DNA of 64,000 nucleotides. Origin: an uncultured bacterium (GTDB taxonomy: Bacteria > Oederibacteriota > Oederibacteriia > Oederibacteriales > Oederibacteriaceae). Under the pieces are notes generated by a model that ran no database searches, was not told the DNA's origin, and saw only the letters and a list, made by a program, of their open reading frames with translations. Made by a program: the position numbers and the translations under genes. Below are positions 1-10,733 of this stretch, one piece after another. How positions within the stretch are numbered: position 1 is the first letter of the stretch; the number at the start of each line of letters is the position of its first letter. The DNA is taken from the NCBI GenBank assembly GCA_965112635.1, contig OZ218778.1:1984001-2048000 (forward strand), given 5' to 3'.

Positions 1-588
1 ATTGTGACCATTGAGGACTCTGCTGAATTGAGGTTGTCACAAGAGCATGTGGTGTCTTTGGAAACCAGGCCTCCCAATATCGAGGGGAAGGGAATGGTCA
101 CTATCAGAGATCTGGTCCGAAATTCTTTGCGTATGAGACCAGACAGGATAGTGGTGGGAGAATGCCGTGGAGGCGAAACCCTGGATATGCTTCAGGCCAT
201 GAACACTGGCCATGACGGATCTCTTACAACGGCTCATGCCAACTCGCCGCGGGATTGCTTGTCCAGGTTGGAGACTATGGTTTTGATGGCTGGCATGGAC
301 CTGCCAATCCGGGCCATCCGGGAACAGGTTGTAGGTGCAGTCCACTTCATTGTCCAGCAGTCCAGAATGGCAGATGGCAGCAGGAAGATCACTCACATCA
401 CCGAGATAAGCGGTTTGGAGGGTGACAAGATCACTCTGCAGGATATTTTTATTTTTAACCAGAAAGGTTTTGATAGCTCAGGAAAAGTAGTGGGAGTACT
501 CAAGCCCACCGGATTGATACCTAAATTTGTTGAGGAGCTTGGGAAAAAAGGTATTACTGTGGAAAGGAATATCTTTCAGGAAGGTTGA
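1..588 (+). CDS. cpaF: CpaF/TadA family pilus assembly ATPase (5'-truncated by window edge)
   Basis: [43 protein letters not shown] motifs typical of CpaF/TadA; TadB and TadC lie nearby. Confidence 0.93.
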   Translation: MVTIEDSAELRLSQEHVVSLETRPPNIEGKGMVTIRDLVRNSLRMRPDRIVVGECRGGETLDMLQAMNTGHDGSLTTAHANSPRDCLSRLETMVLMAGMDLPIRAIREQVVGAVHFIVQQSRMADGSRKITHITEISGLEGDKITLQDIFIFNQKGFDSSGKVVGVLKPTGLIPKFVEELGKKGITVERNIFQEG

Positions 589-601
589 GAAGGGCAGCGG
601 A

Positions 602-895
602 ATGAAAAAATGTCATGCGTGCGGGGCGGCGTGGGAGGCTAAGGCGCTGCAACCAGGCAGGGAAGAGACCTGTCTCAAGTGCGGAGCCGATCTGCACTGC
701 TGTCTCAACTGCCGGTTCTACAGGCCCCGGATGCCCCAGCAGTGCGCCAGTCCGACCACGGACAATGTACAAGACAAGAATAAGAAAAATTTCTGTGATG
801 AATTCGAGTTTTCAGTAACAAAAGTTGAGAGAATGAAGCATCTCCCCGAACGTAAGGAATTCAAAAAGAAATGGGATGACTTGTTCAAAGCATGA
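602..895 (+). CDS. small Cys-rich putative zinc-binding protein
   Basis: CHAC, CLKC, HCCLNC and FCDEF motifs; ATG at 602. Confidence 0.7.
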   Translation: MKKCHACGAAWEAKALQPGREETCLKCGADLHCCLNCRFYRPRMPQQCASPTTDNVQDKNKKNFCDEFEFSVTKVERMKHLPERKEFKKKWDDLFKA

Positions 896-954
896 CCATT
901 TCTTAAATCCTGGGCATAAGTAATCCTTTGAAATAATAGGGGACCCAAATTATT

Positions 955-2193
955 TTAGGTTATTTGTTCAGCAACGGTCTCGTGTAGAACTTCTTCAATG
1001 GTAGTCAGGCCCTGTTTCCAGGCATTCAGGGCGGAGACCCTCAGAGATTGTATCCCCAGCGCCCTCGTTTTTGCTTTGATCTCGTTGAGATTAGCCTTGG
1101 CAAAAATAAGTTCCCGCAGTTCGTGGGTGATGGGCATAACTTCAAAAACTGCAAACCTTCCTTTATACCCTGTGCCAAAGCAAACAGGACATCCGGCTCC
1201 CTTGTATATAGTGTGACCTTCAATATCTTTGGGGGTTAAATTCAGTGAAACTAGCTCCTCAGGGCTTACATCAATAGGTTTTTTGCACTTTTCGCAGTTA
1301 CGCCTTAAAAGTCTCTGGGATATACACATGAGAACAGCCGAGCCCACATAAACATTGTCAATGCCCATATCCATGAGGCGTGCGATTGTGGAGGGCGCGT
1401 CGTTGGTATGCAAAGTGGAGAGGACCAAATGGCCTGTCAGCGCGGCTTTAACGGCAATATCAGCGGTCTCATTGTCGCGGATTTCTCCGACAAGCATGAC
1501 GTTCGGGTCCTGTCGGAGAAAGGCTCGCAGGACATTGGGAAAGGTCAGGTCAGCCTTAGGATTGACCTGGATTTGGATGATATCAGGTAGGCGGTATTCC
1601 ACGGGGTCTTCCACGGTCAGGATGTTTTTGGTCGGAGTTGTGATGGCGTTCAAGGCGGCGTAAAGGGTCGTGGTTTTGCCGCAGGCAGTAGGGCCGGTTA
1701 CCAGGACCATGCCGTAAGGTTTATGGATTTCCTTGTTCAAAGCCTCAAGCTGCTTTTCATCCAGGCCGATCTTATTGAGATCCAGGCTGATGCTCTCCTG
1801 GTCAATGATACGCATGACTAGGTTCTCGCCCCACAGGGAGGGTAGGGTGGAAACACGAAGGTCAATGATACGGCCATCCACCTCCAGTTTGAGGCGGCCG
1901 TCCTGGGGGTGGCGCCGTTCTAAAATATTCATGGTTGCCATGATCTTAAAGCGGGAGATTAGGGACTTTTTAAAACGCAGGGGTGGAGGGGGGAACTCGA
2001 TCATTTTCCCGTCAATACGGAACCGGAGAACCAGGTTTTTTTCAAAGCAGTTCAGGTGGATATCGCTGGCTCTTTTCCTCACAGCATCGCGGATCATATA
2101 GTTGGCCAAGCCGATGACCGGTGCCGAATCTATTTCTTCAACTTCGCCTTCTTCTGCTTCTTCGGGCTTAGCTTTCTCATCAATTATTTCCAT
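955..2193 (-). CDS. GspE/PilB family ATPase, short form lacking N-terminal domains
   Basis: ASDIH, PQDGR, Walker A GPTACGKTT, LRQDPNVMLVGEIRD, GHLVLSTLHTNDA, tetra-Cys motif. Confidence 0.92.
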   Translation of the reverse strand: MEIIDEKAKPEEAEEGEVEEIDSAPVIGLANYMIRDAVRKRASDIHLNCFEKNLVLRFRIDGKMIEFPPPPLRFKKSLISRFKIMATMNILERRHPQDGRLKLEVDGRIIDLRVSTLPSLWGENLVMRIIDQESISLDLNKIGLDEKQLEALNKEIHKPYGMVLVTGPTACGKTTTLYAALNAITTPTKNILTVEDPVEYRLPDIIQIQVNPKADLTFPNVLRAFLRQDPNVMLVGEIRDNETADIAVKAALTGHLVLSTLHTNDAPSTIARLMDMGIDNVYVGSAVLMCISQRLLRRNCEKCKKPIDVSPEELVSLNLTPKDIEGHTIYKGAGCPVCFGTGYKGRFAVFEVMPITHELRELIFAKANLNEIKAKTRALGIQSLRVSALNAWKQGLTTIEEVLHETVAEQIT

Positions 2194-4632
2194 TTAGTCT
2201 CCTTCTGTGGTTACCCGGATGATCTCTTCTATGGTGGTCATTCCGGCTTTCCATTTTTCAATGGCGAGCTGTCTTAATGTTTTTAGGCCCTGTTCAGCGG
2301 CTTTTTGCCGTATTTCCAACAAAGTAGCACGCTTAAAAATAAGATTGGAAATTTCAGGCGTGATACGCATGATTTCATAAAGTGCAACCCGGCCTTTATA
2401 TCCGGTATTGTTGCAAGCCGGGCATCCTTTTCCTTTTTGGAGGGTTAAGCCTTCGATTGACTGGGAGGTCAATTGGATTTTTCTTAGGTCCTCTTCCTGA
2501 ATGGTCACCGGTTCCTTGCACTTAAGGCAATTGCGTCTCACCAGGCGCTGGGCGACTACCAGGATCAGGGAGGCCCCCACATAAATGGGATCCACGCCCA
2601 TATCGATCAAGCGGGCGATAGTGGAAGGCGCGTCATTGGTATGGACCGTACTAAAAACCAAATGGCCGGTAAGGGCCGCTTTGAACGCTGTTTCAGCGGT
2701 TTCCAAATCACGCATCTCACCGACCATCATGATATTGGGGTCCTGGCGCATCATGGAACGCAGGGCATCGGCAAAATCAAAGTCTATCTCATGGTTGATC
2801 TGGACCTGGATAACGCCCTGGAGCTGATACTCCACGGGGTCTTCAATGGTCATGATGTTGACCGAAGGGTTGTTCAGGGTGTTGAGTGCAGAATATAACG
2901 TAGTGGTCTTGCCGCTGCCAGTTGGCCCGGTCATCAGGATAATGCCAAAGGGACTTTTGATGGCCTTGAGAAAAATATCAAGTTCATGCGGTTCAAAACC
3001 GGCTTTTCCCAGGTCTAGGTTGAGACTTTCCCGGTCCAGGATACGCATGACGATATTTTCTCCATAGATGGAGGGGAGGAGCGAAACGCGCAGGTCAATG
3101 ATTTTGTTCTGGACCTTGATCTTGATGCGGCCGTCCTGGGCTTTGCGGCGTTCCATAATGTCCATCTTGGACATGTTTTTAATACGGTTGATGATGGCGC
3201 GCCTGTATTTCCAGGGCAATGGGGGTTCGGTTTGTAAAATTCCGTCAATGCGGTACCTCAGAACTACCTTTTTCTCGTAATAATTGACGTGGATATCACT
3301 GGCCCGCTTGGCTACCGCATTGCTGATGATAGCGTTGCAAAGGTTGATGACCGGGGCGTCAATGATAACATCACCTTCCAGTTCCTCATTCGTTTCCTTG
3401 AGGATACGGAGGTTGTCTTCTTCGCTATCCGATATGATCTTTTGCAGTTTGTCTTCCAGGGAGGCCAGTGATTCTCTTTGATGGGAGACCGAAATTTCAG
3501 AAGGCGTGGTGTCGTCCAGATTTTCAACCGTATTTTCTTTGGACATCTGCAAAAGGATGTTCTCGGCGCTCTTAGCCAGTTCTTCGTCCGGTTCCTGTTG
3601 CTTGGCCTGTTCTTCAGTATGGCGTGCAGCTTTGGGTGCGGTAGCGGCACGCCCATAGTGTTTTTCCAGGGCCCCTTTCATAGCCGTGGGAGTTGTCATC
3701 ATAAAGGTCAATTTGCCGCGGCCATGAAGGATAGACCATTGCTGTTCAAAGTCGTGCAAGGCGGAATCCGACCAGTCCGCCAGGGAAAAAGTCCAGCCGT
3801 CCTCATTTTTCTCAATGGGAATGATCTGGTATTGCAGGGCCGTCTTCTTGGGTATTGCGTCCACACATTCCGAGGCGATCTCGATCTGGCTGATGTCCAC
3901 ATAGCCCGTTCCGTGTTGGATGGCCAGAAAATGTGATAAGGATTCTTCGGAAATGTAATTTAGTTCAATAAGGCAATTACCCAATCTTTCGCCAGTTTGG
4001 CGTTGTTTTTCGAGCGCTTTTTCAAGTTGTTCCTCGGTGATCACATTTTCTTCGAGCAAAATTTGACCCAGAGCGGAGATCTTAGCGCTGGGCGCTGAGA
4101 TATTCACGATAGAGGCGGCGTCAGGGGCACTATTCTTTTCCGCAGTTTCGGTTTTTTCTTCTTTTGTGGCAGGTTTTTCCTCTTCTTTTTGAGTTTTTAG
4201 TTTTTCTATCACCGTATTGATGGCGGTTGGAGTTGCCATTGCAAAGACTATATTATGGATACCCTGGTAGTTCAGGATCTTCTCCAAATCCAATAAGCGG
4301 GCATCGGTGGGATCGAACACAGCCAAGGTAAGATTTTCGTTGTCCCAGCTGACCGGTACAGCCTTGAAATTGACGGCGGTTTTTTTAGAGGTGATATTCA
4401 ATGCGTCAGGATTGACCGAAAGAGAATCAGGTTCAATGTATTCCTTGTTGTAGTGGAAAGCCAGGAGGCGGGATAGCGCTTCTTCTGAGGCGAGATTTAA
4501 TTTTACAAGGGTGGCATAGAGGGACTCTCCGCTTTTCTGAGAAGCCTCCTTGGCCTCGTTGAGCTGGAGATCATCCACGATTTGTTCTTCAACCAGCAAT
4601 TCACCCATTGTATTTGCATCCAGCATTAACAA
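2194..4632 (-). CDS. pilB: PilB/GspE ATPase with two N-terminal MshEN-like (c-di-GMP-binding) domains
   Basis: LGQILLEENVITEEQLEKALEKQRQTGERLGNCLIELNYI matches the MshEN motif, with a more degenerate copy at the N-terminus; GPTGSGKTT; RQDPNIMMVGEMRD. Confidence 0.9.
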   Translation of the reverse strand: MLMLDANTMGELLVEEQIVDDLQLNEAKEASQKSGESLYATLVKLNLASEEALSRLLAFHYNKEYIEPDSLSVNPDALNITSKKTAVNFKAVPVSWDNENLTLAVFDPTDARLLDLEKILNYQGIHNIVFAMATPTAINTVIEKLKTQKEEEKPATKEEKTETAEKNSAPDAASIVNISAPSAKISALGQILLEENVITEEQLEKALEKQRQTGERLGNCLIELNYISEESLSHFLAIQHGTGYVDISQIEIASECVDAIPKKTALQYQIIPIEKNEDGWTFSLADWSDSALHDFEQQWSILHGRGKLTFMMTTPTAMKGALEKHYGRAATAPKAARHTEEQAKQQEPDEELAKSAENILLQMSKENTVENLDDTTPSEISVSHQRESLASLEDKLQKIISDSEEDNLRILKETNEELEGDVIIDAPVINLCNAIISNAVAKRASDIHVNYYEKKVVLRYRIDGILQTEPPLPWKYRRAIINRIKNMSKMDIMERRKAQDGRIKIKVQNKIIDLRVSLLPSIYGENIVMRILDRESLNLDLGKAGFEPHELDIFLKAIKSPFGIILMTGPTGSGKTTTLYSALNTLNNPSVNIMTIEDPVEYQLQGVIQVQINHEIDFDFADALRSMMRQDPNIMMVGEMRDLETAETAFKAALTGHLVFSTVHTNDAPSTIARLIDMGVDPIYVGASLILVVAQRLVRRNCLKCKEPVTIQEEDLRKIQLTSQSIEGLTLQKGKGCPACNNTGYKGRVALYEIMRITPEISNLIFKRATLLEIRQKAAEQGLKTLRQLAIEKWKAGMTTIEEIIRVTTEGD

Positions 4633-4789
4633 CCCCGTTCTTTCGAGAAGTTTTTATTATTATAGCAGACCAAAGTATCCAACTGACAGTGATGGGAAGT
4701 TTGTGGGGGCCAGGGGCTTTTTATAGCAAGAAAGATGACCATGTGTTATATTTAACTTTGTAAATCGATGACATCCGGGAGGTTAAAAA

Positions 4790-5341
4790 ATGGGAAAAGT
4801 TAAGCAGTTTCTCCAACGATTTTCAAAAGAATGGACCAAAGTGATGTTTGCGCCTTTCCCCTTTTTTGAGGGCGTTGAGGCTGCTAGCTATCTCTATCCG
4901 CTCCTTTTTGCTACTACCTCTTTTGTTATCGCATGGTTTTTACATAGTTTGGTCTCCTTGAGCGGGGGTTTACTGACCGGCCATCTTGGTTTTTATGCTT
5001 TTAGTTCCGTAATCATTTATGGGGTATTTTGCGTTCTTGGAGCAGGTCTGACTTTTTTTGTTGCTTTTCTCCAGTGGGGCACAGCTAAGCTGCTGGATTG
5101 CCATATTGATACTGAACTGGCCTATGCCGTTGTGGCCTATAGCGTGGCTCCTGTAGCCCTGAGATTTGTTCCTGTCCTTGGTGTGTTCCTGCCTATCTAT
5201 GGGCTGGCTTTGAATTTTATAGGAATCAGGGCCGCCTATCAGCTTAGCATTCCTAAGTCCTTACTTATCCTGTTTTTACCCGTCATAATTGGATTAACCT
5301 TTGGCTGGTTGTTTTTAAGGTCGCCCCTGGGCGGTTTTTAG
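4790..5341 (+). CDS. Yip1-like multi-pass membrane protein
   Basis: About 5 hydrophobic segments; VVAYSVAP..L.FVP pattern typical of bacterial Yip1 domains. Confidence 0.6.
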   Translation: MGKVKQFLQRFSKEWTKVMFAPFPFFEGVEAASYLYPLLFATTSFVIAWFLHSLVSLSGGLLTGHLGFYAFSSVIIYGVFCVLGAGLTFFVAFLQWGTAKLLDCHIDTELAYAVVAYSVAPVALRFVPVLGVFLPIYGLALNFIGIRAAYQLSIPKSLLILFLPVIIGLTFGWLFLRSPLGGF

Positions 5342-6210
5342 TGTCTTGGGTTTTTAAGGTTTTTTTATCACTTTTTTCCCTGGCAACCATATATTTTCTT
5401 TCCATTGTATTTCTCGATAGTGGGCTCATCTGGTTTCAGAACATACTGAATAGTTTTCGTTCAAAATATGTTGCCAGAACCGAGCTGATCATGGATGAGC
5501 TTTTTATGACCTATGAAGCCCACCGTTTGATAGTCCTCAACGCCGCGTGTACCCTTGTTTTTTTCGTTTTACTTCTGGTTTTGGCGGGGAACGTTTTGGC
5601 GGGAGTGACTGGCGCTATTTTTGGTTTTGCCCTTCCCCAATTGGTATTGAAAAAAATAAAACGCGACAGGATGAAAAAATTTGACCAGCAACTGGTCCGG
5701 GCAGCCGAAAGCATGGCCGGCGCTCTCAAGGCAGGCCATTCCTTTTTGCAGGCCCTGACCCTAGTCGCTGAAGAAATGGCCCCGCCCATCAAGGACGAAT
5801 TCAAGTTGTTCTTAAAAGAGAACCGGCTTGGGCTGTCCCTTGACGACAGCCTGAGACGAATGGCCGGTAGAGTGAAAAGCCCCGACCTGGAAATCCTGGT
5901 GACGGCGATACTGGTCAGCCGCCAGACAGGAGCAAATTTGGCGGAGATCCTCGTGGAAATCGCTGCATCGCTTCGGGATAGGTATAAACTCCAGGGCCAA
6001 GTCAAGGCGCTCACGGCGCAAGCCAGGCTGTCAGGGTTGGTGGTCGGACTTTTACCGATTTTGATGGGGATTGTCATTTATTTGGTGGATCCTGATTTGA
6101 TACATCCCCTTTTTAGCACTGTCATAGGCAAGGCGGTTTTGGGGATCAGCGTGGTCATGGAATTTTTAGGTTGGCTCTGGATCATGAGGCTGCTTGCCGT
6201 TGATTTTTAG
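5341..6210 (+). CDS. tadB: TadB-like type II secretion system F family protein
   Basis: LKAGHSFLQAL, RQTGANLAEIL, QVKALTAQARLSG. Confidence 0.88.
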   Translation: MSWVFKVFLSLFSLATIYFLSIVFLDSGLIWFQNILNSFRSKYVARTELIMDELFMTYEAHRLIVLNAACTLVFFVLLLVLAGNVLAGVTGAIFGFALPQLVLKKIKRDRMKKFDQQLVRAAESMAGALKAGHSFLQALTLVAEEMAPPIKDEFKLFLKENRLGLSLDDSLRRMAGRVKSPDLEILVTAILVSRQTGANLAEILVEIAASLRDRYKLQGQVKALTAQARLSGLVVGLLPILMGIVIYLVDPDLIHPLFSTVIGKAVLGISVVMEFLGWLWIMRLLAVDF

Positions 6211-6212
6211 AC

Positions 6213-7118
6213 TTGAGGGTGGAGGCTGAGTTGAAAGTTGTTTTGGCTTTATGGATAGGGGCGGCGGTTTTTTCCGTTTTCCTGCTGTTCATAAAAGGAT
6301 TTGGAGATATTTTAGCCAATTTGGTGGAGCTTAGAAAAAAATTCCTGGCCAAGCCGGAGCGGCCGGACCCCGCAGCTTTAAAGGGGGACGTAAAGAAAGT
6401 CCTTCAATGGGGCGCGATTTTGCACTCCAGGATCCGGCTTACGCGATATCGCGATTTTACGGGCAGGAAAATCTTCCTGGCAGGGCTTGATCAGCTTATA
6501 GGTTTTGAAGAGTTCTTGTTCCTCAAAGAGATCGCGGTTTTGTTGGTCTTCGTCCTGTCATGGTTGATCGCAGGGGACATCGTCGGGATTTGGGTGTGCT
6601 TGCTGGCCGGATTTGGATCTTTTTGGCTGCCGGATCTATGGCTGAACGAAAAAGTCATGACAAGAAAACGGGCCTTATTGAAGGCGCTTCCAAATGGTTT
6701 GGACCTATTGACCGCTTGTGTGGAGGCGGGATTAGGGTTTGATGCGGCATTATCCATCGTGGCCGAGACCGATCCCAAGAGCCGTTTGGGAGAGGAGATT
6801 TTGCAGACCCTTCAGGAGATTAAGCTGGGCAAAACACGGAAAGACGCCTTGAAAGCCATGGCGGATCGCGTCGACCTACAGGAATTCACCTCTTTGGTCC
6901 AGTCCTTATTACAGGCAGACCGATTAGGAACAAGTATGGGCGGTATTTTGAGGATGCAGTCCGAAGAGTTACGATTAAAAAGGAGGCAAAGAGCAGAAAA
7001 GCTGGCCCTGGAAGCGCCGGTCAAGCTTTTGTTCCCTTTATTGCTGTGTATTTTCCCGGTGGTTTTCCTTATTATTTTCACGCCGGTCGTTCTACAGTTG
7101 ATGGAAAGTTTTAAGTAA
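6213..7118 (+). CDS. tadC: TadC-like type II secretion system F family protein
   Basis: LPNGLDLLTACVEAGLGFDAAL, QADRLGTS, RRQRAEKLA..APVKLLFPL. Confidence 0.9.
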   Translation: MRVEAELKVVLALWIGAAVFSVFLLFIKGFGDILANLVELRKKFLAKPERPDPAALKGDVKKVLQWGAILHSRIRLTRYRDFTGRKIFLAGLDQLIGFEEFLFLKEIAVLLVFVLSWLIAGDIVGIWVCLLAGFGSFWLPDLWLNEKVMTRKRALLKALPNGLDLLTACVEAGLGFDAALSIVAETDPKSRLGEEILQTLQEIKLGKTRKDALKAMADRVDLQEFTSLVQSLLQADRLGTSMGGILRMQSEELRLKRRQRAEKLALEAPVKLLFPLLLCIFPVVFLIIFTPVVLQLMESFK

Positions 7119-7190
7119 TGAAATATTAAAATATATTCAACTTGCAAAGGTTCAATGCTAAAATTGTTTTCCTAAAATTCAAATTAAGGT

Positions 7191-7265
7191 TCCCCGGTAG
7201 CTCAATGGCGGAGCATCCGGCTGTTAACCGGAGGGTTGCTGGTTCGAGCCCAGCCCGGGGAGCCA
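7191..7265 (+). tRNA. tRNA-Asn(GTT)
   Basis: TCCCCGG/CCGGGGA acceptor stem, TAGCTCAATGG D-arm, anticodon loop CTGTTAA, GGTTCGAG T-loop, encoded CCA. Confidence 0.97.
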
Positions 7266-7383
7266 GTTTTATCCTTCTGTGGTCTTCTCCATTATAAAAC
7301 CGCCTGTTTATTCCTTGTGCTTGCGAAACTGATTACCAGCGGTAGAATATTACTCAACGAATGCAAGAAAGCAGGTCGGGATA

Positions 7384-7842
7384 ATGAAAAAGATGATTTT
7401 GGAGCAGAGGGGTTTTACGCTTATCGAGCTTATGATCGTTGTTGCCATTATAGGTATTCTTGCGGCCATAGCGATCCCTAAATTTACTTCAATGTTGGAA
7501 AAATCTCGGGAGGGGGCCACCAAGGGGAACTTGGGAGCCATCCGGTCGGCGATAGCGATTTATTATGGGGACAGGGAGGGAGTCTGGCCAACTACTATTA
7601 ACCATATGACGTGGGGGAGTTATTTGATGTCGTCGTATTTAGATTCACTACCGCCTGTTGTGGCTACTTATTCCACAGACAATGTGCACGATCCGGCTGG
7701 AAATGACGTGACCTATCTTTGGACCCCTGGACTGGCTCCGCCTTCCACCGGCAGGGGTTGGGGATATGATAAATGGTTTGGTCTGATGTACGTGAACAGC
7801 ACTATGATCGATTCGAAGGGTGTTCCTTATAGCTCTTATTAA
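7384..7842 (+). CDS. type IV pilin / GspG-like prepilin
   Basis: RG|FTLIELMIVVAIIGILAAIAIP class III signal peptide. Confidence 0.92.
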   Translation: MKKMILEQRGFTLIELMIVVAIIGILAAIAIPKFTSMLEKSREGATKGNLGAIRSAIAIYYGDREGVWPTTINHMTWGSYLMSSYLDSLPPVVATYSTDNVHDPAGNDVTYLWTPGLAPPSTGRGWGYDKWFGLMYVNSTMIDSKGVPYSSY

Positions 7843-7909
7843 GAATAAATCAAACCTTTGGTTTGCCTCTAAACAGATTTCAAAATTAGGATCCAGAATT
7901 ACTCGCTAA

Positions 7910-9067
7910 TTATCGGAGAAAAAATTGTTCGATCTTAGACCAGTATTGTTTAAAGCTGTCAGCATGAGCTGCGAACTGAGCGATAAAAGTGGCAATGGGC
8001 ACCGAGATAGTGGTGATGAATCTAGATATGGAATGGACGTCAAGCGGCCAAACCGGCATCTGTTCAGCCAGCTGATATAGGAAGTTCAATGATTGTATTT
8101 TGAGAGCGTTGTCTTTGGAATACTTCCTCGTCCCTAAATCTGCAGCGAAAACCTCGTGGGTCCTCTGAAATTCCTGGTGAAGCCTGAGGAGAAGCTTTTC
8201 TTTTTCGGATGACATCTGTTTGTGGGTTTTTGAAAGACCAAAAGCCAAGATTAAAAAGCTCGCAAGGATAAATAAAATAAAAGTTCCAACAAATAATATG
8301 TTTTTCAGCGAGTCTGGCTCAAAGATGGCGACTAAAGAAAGAAATAAGAGCACGATTCCGAGGAAGTAATTGAGAGCAACCGAAAGGCTTCCCATGACTT
8401 TCAGGCCACCGCATTTATCCGGATGCATAGGTTGAAAGTTCAATTTTAGGGAGGATACCTTCCTTAAGAGCCAGAGTGTGACGCCGCATTTGAAGGGGAT
8501 TAATATGACCATGTAATAGTTACAGACGACAAATATCCTGAAATAGAAAGAAGTGACCCCTCCGTTGATACCAAACCATGCTGTCTTGTAGCTGACAAGA
8601 ATATAGGCGTTGATCAATAATGAGGTTAGAAATGCCAGGACGACCACCGTTTTGTTTTCATAAAGTCTCTGCGCCTTATGGGCGATCTCTTCGACGCGAT
8701 CAGGGGTTGTTTTGAGGGCATTGTCCAGCATTAAGGTAGAAATAAACCGGTCGATCTTTGAATAAAGATTTAATAGAGCTGCGGCTCCCAAGGGTGTGAT
8801 TAGACCGATATTAATTAGGGCTAGAAAATCGCGGGACATCGCAGGGGAGTAAGACTTATCAAAAAGAAGCCCGGTCATGCCTCCCAGGAGAATTGTTACA
8901 AGAAGAGAGCAAGTGAAATAGCCTCCCAGGATCAATGTTGGGTTTTTAGTAAAAAGATGCGTCAGGGTCCAAAAAATAATGTCATTCTTGCTGGAAATCA
9001 AACGGTACCGGTCTTGTTCGTGTCTACGTATCATAATGTTATTTACTTTCCTTTTATTTTCTTTCAA
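7910..9067 (-). CDS. multi-pass membrane hypothetical protein
   Basis: 385-aa ORF, about 7 hydrophobic segments, HPDKCGGL and PVWP motifs; start uncertain. Confidence 0.65.
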   Translation of the reverse strand: MKENKRKVNNIMIRRHEQDRYRLISSKNDIIFWTLTHLFTKNPTLILGGYFTCSLLVTILLGGMTGLLFDKSYSPAMSRDFLALINIGLITPLGAAALLNLYSKIDRFISTLMLDNALKTTPDRVEEIAHKAQRLYENKTVVVLAFLTSLLINAYILVSYKTAWFGINGGVTSFYFRIFVVCNYYMVILIPFKCGVTLWLLRKVSSLKLNFQPMHPDKCGGLKVMGSLSVALNYFLGIVLLFLSLVAIFEPDSLKNILFVGTFILFILASFLILAFGLSKTHKQMSSEKEKLLLRLHQEFQRTHEVFAADLGTRKYSKDNALKIQSLNFLYQLAEQMPVWPLDVHSISRFITTISVPIATFIAQFAAHADSFKQYWSKIEQFFLR

Positions 9068-9389
9068 TAATTGTCCTGAAGATACAAGATAAAAACTCTC
9101 TTTTTGATTGAAGTTTTATTTACTACTTATTGTAAGCGGTCAGTTTTCATCATCTTCTATATCTTACCAGCAAAAGGTATAATCTAAACATGCAGAACGA
9201 TTTGGTCAAGAGGGAATCCAGAACGTCTTCAAATATAATTTGTTAACGACCAACACCCGACTTCTTGCAGTGTCCTTTGTTGCCGCTTTAATTTTTGCTT
9301 ATGTTGCCAGAGGTTTGAGCAAGATATTTTACAAGAAGAAAACCGTTTGAACCGCTTGAGATGACACGTTATTTGTCAGGGGAGTTTGT

Positions 9390-10280
9390 GTGATTAAGGG
9401 ATTCTCATTTATTGCAATGGCAGCGGTCCTATGGGGGGGCATCGCAGTTATTTTCAACCTAGTAGCCAGGAAAAATATCAATATCTACGCATTTTATGGC
9501 TTCAGTTTATTTTTTGGGATATTATGTTCGTCGTTTTTTGTCCATTGGGGCATCCTCTTCAAGGGTCCTGTGGATAGATTAGTCCCTTTAGTGCTTTTAA
9601 ACTCCTTTAGTGGCGTTCTTACTATGGTTGCCACCCTATTATTAATCGTTGCCATGGGTCAGGGCCATAGCTCTCTTGTCTGGACCATCACCCAGTCGGC
9701 CATTGTGGTCCAATTTGTTTATTCGACTCTTTTCTGGAATGAAAGCCTCAGTTTGAATCAGCTGTTGGGGTTGGCAGCCATATTCCTCAATTTTGTGTTT
9801 ATTTCCGCTGGCCGAAGCGAGCGGGACGGCCAAAACGGCAGGGGATTCAGTGGAAATCAACTTATCCTTGTGTTATCTAGTTTTATTTTGAACGGCATAG
9901 CCCAGATCATGTTCATTGCCCCGTCACATTGGATAAATTGGCAGGACACCACGGGAGCGCGGGTCCTGTTATTTTACATGGTGCCTGGGATTCTAATGGT
10001 TTGGAGTGTGGTCCGCTCGGGGCGAAAGATTGATAAGGCCGGAGTTGGTCTTGGTTTTCTGATGGCAGTCCTCAGCGTCGCGGGAATGCTTTTATTGTCT
10101 GCTGCACTCAACATTTTTGCCCTGCTAAGGATTTCGAAGATCGTTTACCCTATTACGACCGCCGGGAGTATCGTGCTTTTCGCCTTTTATTCTTTCTTGT
10201 TCCTTGGAGAATCTTTTAATTTGAGAAAATGGTCAGGGATTATCTTGGGGATCCTAGGGATTATATTGATAAGTGTTTGA
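9390..10280 (+). CDS. DMT/EamA-superfamily transporter
   Basis: About 10 TM segments in two halves; C-terminal FLGESFNLRKWSGIILGILGIILI; paralog at 42411. Confidence 0.8.
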   Translation: MIKGFSFIAMAAVLWGGIAVIFNLVARKNINIYAFYGFSLFFGILCSSFFVHWGILFKGPVDRLVPLVLLNSFSGVLTMVATLLLIVAMGQGHSSLVWTITQSAIVVQFVYSTLFWNESLSLNQLLGLAAIFLNFVFISAGRSERDGQNGRGFSGNQLILVLSSFILNGIAQIMFIAPSHWINWQDTTGARVLLFYMVPGILMVWSVVRSGRKIDKAGVGLGFLMAVLSVAGMLLLSAALNIFALLRISKIVYPITTAGSIVLFAFYSFLFLGESFNLRKWSGIILGILGIILISV

Positions 10281-10295
10281 AGCCCGCCTTCTAAA

Positions 10296-10721
10296 TTAAA
10301 GGTATGAAATTTTTCTCTTCTTGTCTCTTTCCTGAGGTTTGTCCCGGCGGGCAGTTGGTTCCGAGGGTATCGTGAACTTTTGTTTTTGACTGCTCAGCTC
10401 TTTTAGTTTGTCAACAAGGTATTTATTGCCAGGCTTGGCTTTGAGGTTCCTCTTGTATTCCTGAATGGCTTTTTCCAATGAAGGCAGATCATCGTATGTT
10501 TCTTTCGCTGGCTGCGTTTCTTTTGGTTTAATTTGTTCCCCGGGCTTTTGTTGAGCCATAGCGTTATCTATGAGCACAATGATTTTTCTGAGGAAGGTGT
10601 TGCGGGGATCCAATTCCAAGGCGTGTCTGTAGCTATTTTTGTATTTTCGCAGTTCTTCAAGCGATAATTCGTTGGTCAGGATTTTTTTTACAAGGTTTTC
10701 GCTCAATGAACCAAATTCCAT
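10296..10721 (-). CDS. hypothetical charged helical protein (two TPR-like half repeats)
   Basis: YRHALELDPRN / YKRNLKAKPGN internal repeat; last gene of the minus-strand operon. Confidence 0.6.
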   Translation of the reverse strand: MEFGSLSENLVKKILTNELSLEELRKYKNSYRHALELDPRNTFLRKIIVLIDNAMAQQKPGEQIKPKETQPAKETYDDLPSLEKAIQEYKRNLKAKPGNKYLVDKLKELSSQKQKFTIPSEPTARRDKPQERDKKRKISYL

Positions 10722-10733
10722 CGATTATTTCCT

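Noticed and set aside
7191-7265. tRNA-Asn as the island attachment site
   Set aside because: I saw no duplicate of its 3' end and no integrase in the window.
7236-7481. 81-aa ORF
   Set aside because: It starts inside the tRNA and overlaps the pilin gene out of frame.
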